Notes: generated by a model from the letters alone, not told the origin. A DNA stretch of 64,000 nt from Acidimicrobiales bacterium (GCA_036378675.1 DASUWA010000010.1:14661-78660); one strand, 5' to 3'; shown: positions 33,990 to 43,279, numbered from the stretch's first letter. Translations and numbers: made by a program.

Positions 33990-35226
33990 CGGTCACCTCC
34001 TCGTAGATCTCGAGGTGACGCCGGGCCACTTCTGGCCACGATCGGCCTTCGGCAAGGCCTGCGGACCATCTCTCCACTTCAGCGAGCTCGGTGCCTCGCT
34101 TCGCCAGGGACTCGAGTCGCTGAGCGAGCAGGCCCGGCTCGAGGGGCGTCGACATCCCAGGCGGCAGACCGGTCATCTCGGCGAGCGGGGGTGACAGCAA
34201 GGCGGGGACGCCGTACTCCAATGCCAGCGCCAGAACTCCGCTACTCGAAAAAGCCGTTGGATACGCGAGCAAAACTGCGTCGGCGGCTCGGAACCAGCGG
34301 CTCACGTCGGGTTCGGGAACGTACCCGGTGAAGGTCGCAGTTGCACCGAAACGCTCTTCGAGTCCGTCCAGGTAACCCTGCCCGGAAAGTCGGGGATGCT
34401 CGCCTCCGGCCACCACGAGACGAACCGGATGCCCGGCGATCTCGGCAGCCGAGAGCGCCGCTTCGAGCCCCTTGTACGGTGCGACGAAGCCGAAGCACAG
34501 AACGACGAACTCGTCCGGTTCGATGCCGTACTGCGCCCGTAGCGCTGACGGGCGCCCGTCTGACTGTCCCGAAACCTCGTGTCCCTGTCGCAGGGCCGGG
34601 TCCGCCGCCGCACTCCTGATCGACCCGACGGGGAGCACGACCGACCCAGGGACATGCCTCGCGAACGCGCGTTCGTGGACGATCGTTCGGCGGGCGATTC
34701 GACCGATCGACTGCTGCAGCGTCGACAGGCCCGCCCTCGCCAAGGGCGCAGGCATCGACACGCGGTGCAGTTCGGTGAAGGATTTGTCCACCTGGCCGGG
34801 CCGGACGACCTGGTGCATCGTGACGACAGGTCCGGTTCCGGCTCTACGCAACCTGGCCAGCCCGCCGATCAAGCCTGGAACGGCCTCGGGGCCGCCGAAC
34901 AGGAACGCCTCGTGCTGAACATGGGTGACCCGAGCCCCGCTCCGCAGTGCAGCGACGGACGCGCGCATGAGACCGGCTGGGCCCTTGGCGAAGCAGCGTC
35001 GCACCCGGACCCGGCCGTCCAGTTCCGACGGCGAGCCCGGGTCGTTCGAGGGCGCCACAACGGTGACGGTTGCGCCCTCGTCGGCCAAGGCCCTCGCCAG
35101 GTTCTGGGAGTACCAGGCGACGCCGCTGGTCGTGGGAGAGCCCGGACTTGGGTACGGAGCGATCATGGCGATGTCGGGGCGTTGCGCTTCAATCGGCGCC
35201 AACGAGCTCCTCCTCGTCGACTGCAA
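33952..35226 (-). CDS. Family-4 (GT-B) glycosyltransferase
   Basis: 424-aa ORF with IAMIAPYPSP...SGVAWYSQNLARALADEG and a C-terminal ...AVLLAYPTAFSSSGVLALALEYGVPAL (E-x7-E-like region). The listed start is a TTG at 35226; the ATG at 35166 (MIAPYP...) is an equally plausible start. Confidence 0.8.
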   Translation of the reverse strand: MQSTRRSSLAPIEAQRPDIAMIAPYPSPGSPTTSGVAWYSQNLARALADEGATVTVVAPSNDPGSPSELDGRVRVRRCFAKGPAGLMRASVAALRSGARVTHVQHEAFLFGGPEAVPGLIGGLARLRRAGTGPVVTMHQVVRPGQVDKSFTELHRVSMPAPLARAGLSTLQQSIGRIARRTIVHERAFARHVPGSVVLPVGSIRSAAADPALRQGHEVSGQSDGRPSALRAQYGIEPDEFVVLCFGFVAPYKGLEAALSAAEIAGHPVRLVVAGGEHPRLSGQGYLDGLEERFGATATFTGYVPEPDVSRWFRAADAVLLAYPTAFSSSGVLALALEYGVPALLSPPLAEMTGLPPGMSTPLEPGLLAQRLESLAKRGTELAEVERWSAGLAEGRSWPEVARRHLEIYEEVTDAKRSASRGHRA

Positions 35227-35959
35227 GCTCTTCGCCGTGGGCAGATTCGGGGGCCTCGATCGGAAGGACCCTCGAGTGCAGCCACAACCGAAGGGCTGAT
35301 AGCGCCATCCGCTGGCCGTCCCGTGCCGGATGAAGACGGGAGCCGGGCTGATCCACCCATACCGTCGGCACCTCGACGACGCGGAAACCCAAACGCTGAC
35401 AGGCCAGAAGCAGGTCGACGTCGAATAGGAAGTCGCGAGACGAAAGCAACGGCACGACGGCCCTTACCACGTTGCTGCGAAGGACCTTCGCCCCGCATTG
35501 CGTGTCCCGGTAGGGCAGGCCGAACATCGCCCGGACCATGCGGGCAAACAACCGGCTTTCCAGTTTGCGGCTGAACGCCCGCGGGCTGGGCAAGACGGCC
35601 GCCGGGTGCCATCTCGACGCGATCGCCACGTCGGCGGTGGCCGCTATGTCCACCAGGCGTAGGAACTCGGCAGGCGGGGTGGCACAGTCGGCATCGACGA
35701 AGCCGACCAGATCGGCGTCGCAGCGCCGGAGGGTCTCCATGATGACCCCGCCTTTTCCCAGCTTCGGGTAGCTCACCACCTCCACCCGCGAGTCGATCCG
35801 GGCGTGCCGCTCGACCAGCTCCTCGGTGCCGTCCGTGCAGTGGTCCAGCGCCACAAAGAAGCGCACGGCAGGGTCGCTGATCCTCGACCGGAAGGCGTTC
35901 AGGGTTCGGTCGATCCGGTGGGCTTCATTGTGGGCAGGAACGATGACGTCTAGGCGCAA
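35189..35959 (-). CDS. Family-2 glycosyltransferase (polyprenol-phosphate sugar transferase-like)
   Basis: 256-aa ORF with a TTG start at 35959 following AAGGTGG. Motifs DVIVPAHNEA, ALDHCTDGT and FVDADC. Confidence 0.8.
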   Translation of the reverse strand: MRLDVIVPAHNEAHRIDRTLNAFRSRISDPAVRFFVALDHCTDGTEELVERHARIDSRVEVVSYPKLGKGGVIMETLRRCDADLVGFVDADCATPPAEFLRLVDIAATADVAIASRWHPAAVLPSPRAFSRKLESRLFARMVRAMFGLPYRDTQCGAKVLRSNVVRAVVPLLSSRDFLFDVDLLLACQRLGFRVVEVPTVWVDQPGSRLHPARDGQRMALSALRLWLHSRVLPIEAPESAHGEELAVDEEELVGAD

Positions 35960-36095
35960 TTAGCTGACCACCTTGTGCGTGAGTACCACGGGATTAATCC
36001 AGGGTGTGGGGGGGTAGGCTTTGCCCTTTTGTGGACAGGATCGAGATGCCCAGCTGCCGCCGAGCAAAAGCCTCGTATTTAGGTCGCCAGGAAGT

Positions 36096-36126
36096 ACTTT
36101 ACCCCAGGGTAACCGGCCAATGTCAA
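36096..36126 (-). promoter_or_regulatory. Candidate sigma-70-type promoter for the GT2...GT cluster
   Basis: On the minus strand, TTGACA (36126-36121), a 19-nt spacer, then TAAAGT (36101-36096). This sits in a 325-nt lower-GC gap, about 135 nt upstream of the TTG start at 35959. Confidence 0.3.
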
Positions 36127-36284
36127 GGATTGTCCGCCACGCGGCCGGTGGCGTGCGCCAAGGTTAATTCGGTTTTAAGGTTTTCTCAGGATCGTCAAAG
36201 AATGGCCGTTGTGAAGATCGCCTTTCAACCACAAACACGCGGCAGAATGTATCAAAGTCACCGCGTTATATCTACGACGGCAAT

Positions 36285-37457
36285 TCATTCTTTCATCGGC
36301 GGGCAGCCGCCGAGACGGTCGGTCGTGGTCAGGAGGCGGCTCAGCGCGACCCAGGCGTCGCCGTAGTAGGTCGGGTACCGCCGGTCGAGTCGTGAGGCCG
36401 ACGCCAGTAGTGGATCCGCTTCTGCACGATCGCCGGCGGCTACGGCGGCCATGCCGTCTCCCACCGCCATCGCTGCGTTGACCGCCGGGCTCTGGGGTTG
36501 GCCCGAGAGGGTGAGAGATACGTCGAATGCACCCGAACGTGCCGCTGGGGCGAGCAGCGGCCACTCGTTCGACGCGACGTCTCGTTCCGCCTTGACGCAG
36601 CTCGAAGCCCACCAGGTTGCAACGCGCGCCGCCCCAAGGCCGTAGGAAACAAGAGATCCGGCGTGCGAGGGCGGGGGGATCGGTTCGACCGCTCCGCTTG
36701 TGCTGACCGAGACCCAGTCGGCCGGCAGCCGGTGACCGAACATGGCACGAAGCAGCAGCTGCAGGGAGGTCGACTCGAGCTGCGACCATCCCGGATCTCC
36801 TGTGAGCTGGTAGAGAATGGTAAAGGCCTCTGGCGCGAGATAGCCGGGCTCGGCGATCCGGGAGGGCATCGCCCACGGGCCCGCTACCAGGATCCGTCCG
36901 ATCGGGGTGACTTCGGTCTCCTCGGTCAGCACCGAGGCGGCGATCCGACCCGCATCCTGGGCCAGCACCGCCGAGCCGAACCGGCCGGAAGCGACCGCGA
37001 GCGCCCACGCCGCGTCGATGTCGGCGTCGGATGCCGGCATCTGGTCCACGACCCGCCCGTTGTCCCAGTGCCAAGCCAGTAGCGCATCGGGCCGTTGAAG
37101 GTGGTGCTGGGTCCACGACCAGATCGTGTTGAAGTCGCCCCCGTCGCCGGTGGCGGCCGCGATCAGCATCCCGTACGCCTGCCCCTCGCTCACAGTGTCG
37201 CCACCCTGATCCCGGCGAACGATTCGCCCGTTGGGGTCCATGTACACGGACAAGAACTTGTCGGGGTATACGGACAAGAACTTGTCGGGGCGCCCGGACA
37301 GGAAACGGTCGGGCTCTGGGCCGGGGCTTGCTGCCGGTCGCATTCCCGGTGATCCAGAGAGGCCCTCCGCCCCTGCGACCCCCGTTACGAGCACGGCCGC
37401 AACCAGCACCGCAAGGGCGCGCGCGACGAATCTCGCTTCTGAACCACCCGCCAGCAC
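36285..37457 (-). CDS. Glycoside hydrolase family 8 endoglucanase-like (BcsZ-type) secreted protein
   Basis: 390-aa ORF with a signal-like N-terminus. Motifs SEGQAYGMLIAA and PASDADIDAAWALAVA match the GH8 signature region. Confidence 0.8.
   Translation of the reverse strand: MLAGGSEARFVARALAVLVAAVLVTGVAGAEGLSGSPGMRPAASPGPEPDRFLSGRPDKFLSVYPDKFLSVYMDPNGRIVRRDQGGDTVSEGQAYGMLIAAATGDGGDFNTIWSWTQHHLQRPDALLAWHWDNGRVVDQMPASDADIDAAWALAVASGRFGSAVLAQDAGRIAASVLTEETEVTPIGRILVAGPWAMPSRIAEPGYLAPEAFTILYQLTGDPGWSQLESTSLQLLLRAMFGHRLPADWVSVSTSGAVEPIPPPSHAGSLVSYGLGAARVATWWASSCVKAERDVASNEWPLLAPAARSGAFDVSLTLSGQPQSPAVNAAMAVGDGMAAVAAGDRAEADPLLASASRLDRRYPTYYGDAWVALSRLLTTTDRLGGCPPMKE
37243..37314 (-). repeat. In-frame 24-nt tandem repeat (2 near-identical copies plus 1 degenerate) inside the GH8 gene
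   Basis: tacacggacaagaacttgtcgggg, then tatacggacaagaacttgtcgggg, then cgcccggacaggaaacggtcgggc. On the coding strand this encodes PDRFLSGR-PDKFLSVY-PDKFLSVY. Confidence 0.85.
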
Positions 37458-37649
37458 AAGTATCGGGTTTTACCCGTATCGGAACCGAGTCCAAACTGAC
37501 GCGTTAGGCGAAAACGCCATTTTCCGCCCGCCCTCGTTGCGTGTTACCATTTCTTGAAAGGGTGGTTTCCCGTCGGGAAACCGGGGGGACCACCTCTACA
37601 AACCTGAGACGTTCCGCTTCAGGCTCTTAGAAACAAGGAGCAAGATCCG

Positions 37650-38858
37650 ATGCCGTCACGCGTGCTCGACTTTCCCGTGTTCGACGCAGACAACCACATG
37701 TACGAAACGACGGACGCGTTCACCAAGTTCCTTCCTCCCGAGTACGAGGGCCTCATCAAGTACGTGCAGGTCGCGGGAAGAACGAAGATCGCTGTCCGCA
37801 ACGTCATCAGCGATTACATACCGAATCCCACTTTCGAGGTGGTCGCAGCGCCCGGCGCGCAAGAGGAGTACTTCAAGTCCGGCAACCCCGAAGGCAAGTC
37901 GCGGCGGGAGATCATGGGCAAGCCGATCCGGTCCCTGCCGGCGTTCATGGAGCCGGAACCGCGGCTCAAGCTGATGGACGAGTTGGGAGTCGACCGCGCG
38001 CTGATGTGGCCGACGCTCGCGAGCCTCCTCGAAGAACGGCTTCGCGACGATCCTCTTGCGACCCACGCGGTCATCCACACCCTCAACCAGTGGATGCTCG
38101 AGCATTGGACGTTCAACTACGAGGGACGGATCTTCCCGACGCCCGTCATCTCGCTATGCATCGTCGAGCGAGCCATCGAGGAGCTGGAATGGGTGCTCGA
38201 AAGAGGCGCGCGGGTGATCCTCGTCCGGCCGGCGCCGGTGCCAGGTTTCATGGGCCCACGTTCGCCCGCTCTGCCGGAGTTCGACCCCTTCTGGTCCCGG
38301 GTCGCGGAGGCCGGGATCCTCGTCGGGATGCACGCTTCCGACAGCGGCTATCAGCGGCAAGTCAACGAATGGGAAGGATTTCGCAATGGCGAGATGCTCC
38401 CGTTCGTCAACACATCGGGCTTCGCGGTGATCGTCGGGCATCAGAGCCGCCCGATCATGGACACGGTCGCTTCCCTGGTCGGCCACGGGCTCTGCTCCCG
38501 ATTCCCGACGTTGAGCTTCGCGCCCGTCGAGAACGGATCGAATTGGGTGCGTCCGATAATGGAAGCCTTCGAGCACGCGTACGAGTTCGCCCCGCAGGCG
38601 TTCGACGAGAACCCGATCGACGTGTTCAAGCGCAACATCTACGTCCACCCCTTCCACGAGGAGGACCCAATCGGCTTGGTGAAGCTCATCGGCGCCGAAC
38701 GGGTTCTGTTCGGTTCCGACTTCCCGCACCCGGAAGGGCTGGCCGACCCGCTGACCTTCGTCGACGATCTCAAGGGACTCAGTGACGAGGAAGTTCGCCT
38801 GGTGATGGGCGGGAACCTAGCCCGACTCATGCACGTCGACACCGCTAAGGCTGCTTGA
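37650..38858 (+). CDS. Amidohydrolase-2 (ACMSD-like metal-dependent hydrolase) family protein
   Basis: 402-aa ORF with AAGGAG 7 nt upstream. N-terminus VFDADNHMYE... and C-terminus ...VLFGSDFPHPEG are typical of this family. Confidence 0.8.
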   Translation: MPSRVLDFPVFDADNHMYETTDAFTKFLPPEYEGLIKYVQVAGRTKIAVRNVISDYIPNPTFEVVAAPGAQEEYFKSGNPEGKSRREIMGKPIRSLPAFMEPEPRLKLMDELGVDRALMWPTLASLLEERLRDDPLATHAVIHTLNQWMLEHWTFNYEGRIFPTPVISLCIVERAIEELEWVLERGARVILVRPAPVPGFMGPRSPALPEFDPFWSRVAEAGILVGMHASDSGYQRQVNEWEGFRNGEMLPFVNTSGFAVIVGHQSRPIMDTVASLVGHGLCSRFPTLSFAPVENGSNWVRPIMEAFEHAYEFAPQAFDENPIDVFKRNIYVHPFHEEDPIGLVKLIGAERVLFGSDFPHPEGLADPLTFVDDLKGLSDEEVRLVMGGNLARLMHVDTAKAA

Positions 38859-39027
38859 AACAACACCGGAAAAACGGACATGCCCTGAGCGCGCACGGCA
38901 GGTGGCGGCGCGTCGCGGGCCGAAATCTGTGTAGCGCATGCCACCTGCTGTCCACGATCGGGTATCTACGCTGGCCGGAGGGTCAGATTCCCGTCTGAGT
39001 CCGCGACCTGACTGGGGGGTCGGATAG

Positions 39028-40545
39028 GTGAGTTGGTCCAAAACAAGAACGGTCGTCACGATGGCGGCGGTCGTCGGTCTGCTGGGGGCATGCGGTGCGC
39101 GAGTCCCGCCTTATTTCCCCGCCGCCCAGGTGGGGCCAGGGAACGGATCGGGAGGCTCGGGACCAGGATCCGCTAGCGGTCCGGGCGCTCAGGCCGCCGG
39201 CACGCCGACCACGCTGTCCAGTCTGGGAATCGGCTCCAACGGCGGGGGAACCGGAGGGGGCGGCGGCCAGGCGGCACAGAGCGGCAGCGGCGCAGCCAGC
39301 GGCGCCACCCCGGCGGCGGTCGCGGCGCTCGGCCCCCAGACGTTCAACCTCGACCCTGCTGCCGAGGCGGCGTACTGCCCGGCCAGTTCCGCCAACAGGG
39401 CGTCGGATGTAGGTGTGACGCCGACCACCATCAACGTCGGCAACGTGAGCGGGCTGAGTGGGCTCCTGTCCAACAACTTCAACCAGGGCCCAGAGGCGGT
39501 CACTGCTCTGTTCGCCGCAGTGAACAACGCGGGAGGGATCTGCGGGCGCAAGCTCAACCTGTCGGTCGAGGACGACGGCCAGGACGCCTCGCACAACGCC
39601 GCGGACATCCAGGACCTGATCCCCAAGTCGTTGGCGTTCGTCGGCTCGACGTCAGACGCGGACAACGGGGGTGTCCCCGCGATGCAGCAAGCCGGAATCC
39701 CCGACCTGGGTCAGGCGATCAACTTCGCGAGAGGCCAGAGCCCCAACTACTTCACGGCCGGGACCTTCGGAGCCCAGACGAAGGGCGGCCAGGACTATAT
39801 CTACGACACCCTCGCCGCCGGCCTCAAGGCCAACGGGAAGCTCCCGACCAAGATGGCGTTCCTCGCCTTCAACATCCCGATCAGCTCCCTCGCTGCTCGC
39901 CAGTTCGTGAAGGTCTTCCAGCAGACCGGATCGCAGGACTGCTACGAGGACGAGAATGTCTCACCCGCCTCCCCCAACCTGACGTCTGACGTTCTCACCA
40001 TGCAGCAACGTGGTTGCGACGGGGTGTTCACCACCATGGACGTGACCGGCAACGACAAGCTGCTGGATGCGATGTACAACCAGGGCTACCACCCGACCTA
40101 CGCGGGGACGACCCTCGACGGCTACACGCCGGCGCAGATCTCGACCGCGGGCCAGCAGCAGGCGCAGGGGTTCCAGGTGTTCTTGAACTTCATTCCGTTC
40201 AACGAATCCCAGCCGGCGGTAAACCTCTACCAGTCGCAGCTCCGTACCTTCGAGCCGGGCAAGCAGCCCAGCGCCTTCGGGATCGAAGCGTGGGCTTCGG
40301 CGGAGATGTTCCTCTACGCGCTGATCAAATCGGGTCCCAATCCGACCCGCGCCTCGATCAGGAGCATCCTGGGCGGTCTAGGGGTCTGGGACACCAGGGG
40401 CGCGATGGCGCCGTCCAACGAGACGACCAAACAGCCGGGCAACTGCCTCGTCGACCTTCAGGTCAAGGGCAACGACTTCGTTCGGGTGTGGCCTTCGAGC
40501 GGGTTCTTCTGCTCCAACAACCTTGTGGCCGTCCCGGCTTCGTAA
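39028..40545 (+). CDS. ABC transporter substrate-binding lipoprotein, branched-chain amino acid (LivJ/Peripla_BP_6)-like
   Basis: 505-aa ORF with lipobox VVGLLGAC-G and a Gly/Ser-rich linker, followed by a type-I periplasmic binding fold pattern. It precedes the LivHMGF-type genes. Confidence 0.8.
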   Translation: MSWSKTRTVVTMAAVVGLLGACGARVPPYFPAAQVGPGNGSGGSGPGSASGPGAQAAGTPTTLSSLGIGSNGGGTGGGGGQAAQSGSGAASGATPAAVAALGPQTFNLDPAAEAAYCPASSANRASDVGVTPTTINVGNVSGLSGLLSNNFNQGPEAVTALFAAVNNAGGICGRKLNLSVEDDGQDASHNAADIQDLIPKSLAFVGSTSDADNGGVPAMQQAGIPDLGQAINFARGQSPNYFTAGTFGAQTKGGQDYIYDTLAAGLKANGKLPTKMAFLAFNIPISSLAARQFVKVFQQTGSQDCYEDENVSPASPNLTSDVLTMQQRGCDGVFTTMDVTGNDKLLDAMYNQGYHPTYAGTTLDGYTPAQISTAGQQQAQGFQVFLNFIPFNESQPAVNLYQSQLRTFEPGKQPSAFGIEAWASAEMFLYALIKSGPNPTRASIRSILGGLGVWDTRGAMAPSNETTKQPGNCLVDLQVKGNDFVRVWPSSGFFCSNNLVAVPAS

Positions 40546-40554
40546 GAGGCACTC

Positions 40555-42507
40555 GTGTTTCCTTACATCGTCATCGGGCTCTTCACCGGAGCGGTGTACG
40601 CGCTCGCAGCGATGGGCCTCGTCTTCAACTATCAGATCACCGGCATCTTCAACTTTTCGTTCGGCGCTATCGCGATGTTCTGTGCGTTCACTTTCTCTCA
40701 GCTTCGCGACGTTTCGGGGATCAGCCAGTGGTACTCCCTGCCGATCGTCCTGCTCGGCCTCGCCCCGTTGATCGGTGTGCTCCTCGAACGGCTCTTCCGC
40801 CCGCTGACCGCGGCGCCCGCGGAGATCCAGATCGTGGTGTCTCTCGGCGTGCTCGCCTTCTTCCAGGCGCTCGTACCGATCGTTTACGGCGGACAGGCTC
40901 GCGGGCTGCGCAGCATCTTTCCGACGTCGACGTTCAAAGTCGGAGCGCACCTCCACGTCGGTTACGACCAGCTGGCAACTCTGCTCATTGCAATTGCCGT
41001 GGGTGCCGGGCTTTGGCTGTTGAAGCGCAGGACCAAGTTCGGCATGGCGAGCCGCGCGGTGATCGACAACCGCGACCTCTCCGCCTTGGCGGGCGTCCGC
41101 GCAGAGACGATCAGCCGGGTGGCATGGGTGCTCTCGTGCGTGTTCGCCGGGCTGGTGGGCATACTGCTGAGCTCGTTCGAAGGCCTCGACGTGTTCGCGC
41201 TCGTGCTGCTCGTCATCTACGCCTTCTCGCCGGCCGTCCAGGGAAAGTTGGTCAGCCTGCCTATCGCGTTCGTAGCCGCGATCGCACTTGGGGTCGTCCA
41301 GAGCATCCTGACCAAGTACGGGAGCGTCGGCTACGTCGCCGACATCGAGGGTTCGATCCCTGCCGCGTGGCTGTACATCCTCCTGATCGTCTACGGCAAG
41401 CGGCTAACCGAGGTGCGTTCCTCCTCGCGTCCGCTGCGTAGCCCCCCTCCCAGGCCTATCGGTCCTTCGACGATCACCGCCGGGGCCATCATCGTCGGAA
41501 TCGGCCTGGTGCTCCCGGCTCTCATCAAGCCGGCCCAACTCGGCGACGTCACCATCGGCGTCATCTACGCGGCGATCGGCATAACCCTCGTCGTGCTAAC
41601 CGGATGGGCGGGACAGATATCACTCGCCCAGTTCAGCTTCGTGGGAATCGGGGCGTTCACGGTCGGCCATCTCGCCGGGGCGCACGGCGGCAACTTCCTC
41701 CCGGCGGCCCTTCTCGGGGCACTCATCGCCGTGCCGGTGGGAGTGATCGTGGGCCTTCCCTCCCTTCGGCTCTCCGGTTTATACCTGGCACTGGCGACGA
41801 TGGCCTTCGCGTTGCTCATGGACAGCCTTATATTCAGCAACTCGTCGATCAGCGGCGGCTCCACCGGCATGAACATCCACCGGCCTCACCTGGGTCCGTG
41901 GAGCTTCGCGTCGACGACCAGCTTCTACTACCTCTGCCTCTTCGTCCTCGGGGTCTACGCAATCGTGGCTGCGTTGCTGCGGCGCGGGCCGATAGGCCGG
42001 CGCCTGCAGATGATCAACGACTCCCCCCTTGCCGCCTCCACCTTCGGTGTCAACCTCACGCTCACCAAGCTGATGACCTTCGCGCTGTGCGCCGCCGGGG
42101 CCGCGTTCGCCGGCTCGCTGTTCGCCGCCGCCCGGCTCACCGTCAGCCCCACGGACTTCTCTTTCAACGCTTCCCTCGAACTGCTGCTGCTGGTCGTTCT
42201 GGGAGGTCGCTCACTCGTCGCGGGAGCCCTGATGGCCGGTGCGGTATTCGGGGCACAGCTGTTCCCGATCCCAGCCTCGGTGGAGCAGTACATCCCGCTA
42301 GGCGTGGCGGTCGGTGTCATCGGTATCGCCAACAATCCCGAGGGCCCGATCGCGCTCACCGTCAAGATCGTCCAGAAGCTGCTCGCCCTGTTCCAGCCCC
42401 TGCCCCGCGGCGACATCGAGCTGGTCGACGTTCGCGAACAACCGACCCCGGCGTTCGAGCCCGCCGACGCAGCACGACAGACAACCCCGCTCGAAGCCCA
42501 TGCCTGA
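40555..42507 (+). CDS. Fused LivH/LivM-type branched-chain amino acid ABC permease
   Basis: 650-aa polytopic ORF with a GTG start after AAGAGG. The N-terminal half is LivH-like (MFPYIVIGLFTGAVYALAAMGL) and the C-terminal half is LivM-like (GQISLAQFSFVGIGAF). Confidence 0.85.
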   Translation: MFPYIVIGLFTGAVYALAAMGLVFNYQITGIFNFSFGAIAMFCAFTFSQLRDVSGISQWYSLPIVLLGLAPLIGVLLERLFRPLTAAPAEIQIVVSLGVLAFFQALVPIVYGGQARGLRSIFPTSTFKVGAHLHVGYDQLATLLIAIAVGAGLWLLKRRTKFGMASRAVIDNRDLSALAGVRAETISRVAWVLSCVFAGLVGILLSSFEGLDVFALVLLVIYAFSPAVQGKLVSLPIAFVAAIALGVVQSILTKYGSVGYVADIEGSIPAAWLYILLIVYGKRLTEVRSSSRPLRSPPPRPIGPSTITAGAIIVGIGLVLPALIKPAQLGDVTIGVIYAAIGITLVVLTGWAGQISLAQFSFVGIGAFTVGHLAGAHGGNFLPAALLGALIAVPVGVIVGLPSLRLSGLYLALATMAFALLMDSLIFSNSSISGGSTGMNIHRPHLGPWSFASTTSFYYLCLFVLGVYAIVAALLRRGPIGRRLQMINDSPLAASTFGVNLTLTKLMTFALCAAGAAFAGSLFAAARLTVSPTDFSFNASLELLLLVVLGGRSLVAGALMAGAVFGAQLFPIPASVEQYIPLGVAVGVIGIANNPEGPIALTVKIVQKLLALFQPLPRGDIELVDVREQPTPAFEPADAARQTTPLEAHA

Positions 42508-43279
42508 CGTAGACAGCCCGGCGCTGCTCTGGTGCGACGAGGTCACCGTCCGGTTCGGCGGCCTGGTCGCCCTCGACAGCGTCCACCTCAGTGCGGCGAC
42601 GGGCGAGATCACCGGCCTGATCGGACCGAACGGGGCCGGGAAGACGACCCTCTTCAACGTCCTCACCGGGGTCCTCACGCCCACCCATGGGCGGGTGCGC
42701 TACGACGGGCACGACATCACGTCATGGGCCCCGCACCGCCGGGGCCGGGCGGGCATCGCCCGCACGTTCCAGCGGCTGGAGCTGTTTATCGGGCTGACCG
42801 TTTACGACAACTTGCTGTGCGCCTGGGAGGCGTCGGTGCCCGGCGGCGTCGTCGGCCGTCAATCGGGGGAAGGTCACCAACTCGTCGGCGAAGTCATCGA
42901 ACGGCTGGGCATCCAGGACATCGCCATGCGCCCCGCCGGAGAGCTTCCCACCGGTCAGGGCCGTCTGCTCGAACTCGGTCGAGCCATGTGCACCAACCCG
43001 CGGTTGCTTCTTCTCGACGAGCCGAGCTCGGGATTGGATTCGGCGGAGACGGCCCGTTTTCGTGACATCCTCCTCGACCTGGTCGCGGTCGACGACATCG
43101 CCATCCTTCTGGTGGAACACGACATGGGGCTTGTCATGGAAGTGTGCGACCGGATAACCGTCCTCGACTTCGGCAAGTGCATTTCCGTCGGCACTCCCGA
43201 CGAGGTCCGCAACGATCAGGCGGTGATCGCGGCCTACCTCGGCGGCCCGGAGGTCGAGGTGAGGGCGGCGGCAGGATGA
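42500..43279 (+). CDS. livG: LivG-type ABC ATP-binding protein
   Basis: Trimmed to the ATG at 42500. Motifs FGGLVALDSV, Walker A GPNGAGKTT, LPTGQGRLLELGRA and Walker B LLLLDEPSSGLD. Confidence 0.9.
   Translation: MPDVDSPALLWCDEVTVRFGGLVALDSVHLSAATGEITGLIGPNGAGKTTLFNVLTGVLTPTHGRVRYDGHDITSWAPHRRGRAGIARTFQRLELFIGLTVYDNLLCAWEASVPGGVVGRQSGEGHQLVGEVIERLGIQDIAMRPAGELPTGQGRLLELGRAMCTNPRLLLLDEPSSGLDSAETARFRDILLDLVAVDDIAILLVEHDMGLVMEVCDRITVLDFGKCISVGTPDEVRNDQAVIAAYLGGPEVEVRAAAG

Noticed and set aside
35985-36035. A possible c-di-GMP (GEMM-type) riboswitch upstream of the EPS GT2 gene, prompted by GGGCAAAGCC on the minus strand.
   Set aside because: Only one short GCAAAGCC-like element is present. I could not find the paired P1/P2 helices, the tetraloop/receptor or a second conserved A-rich bulge, so the evidence is insufficient without a covariance-model search.
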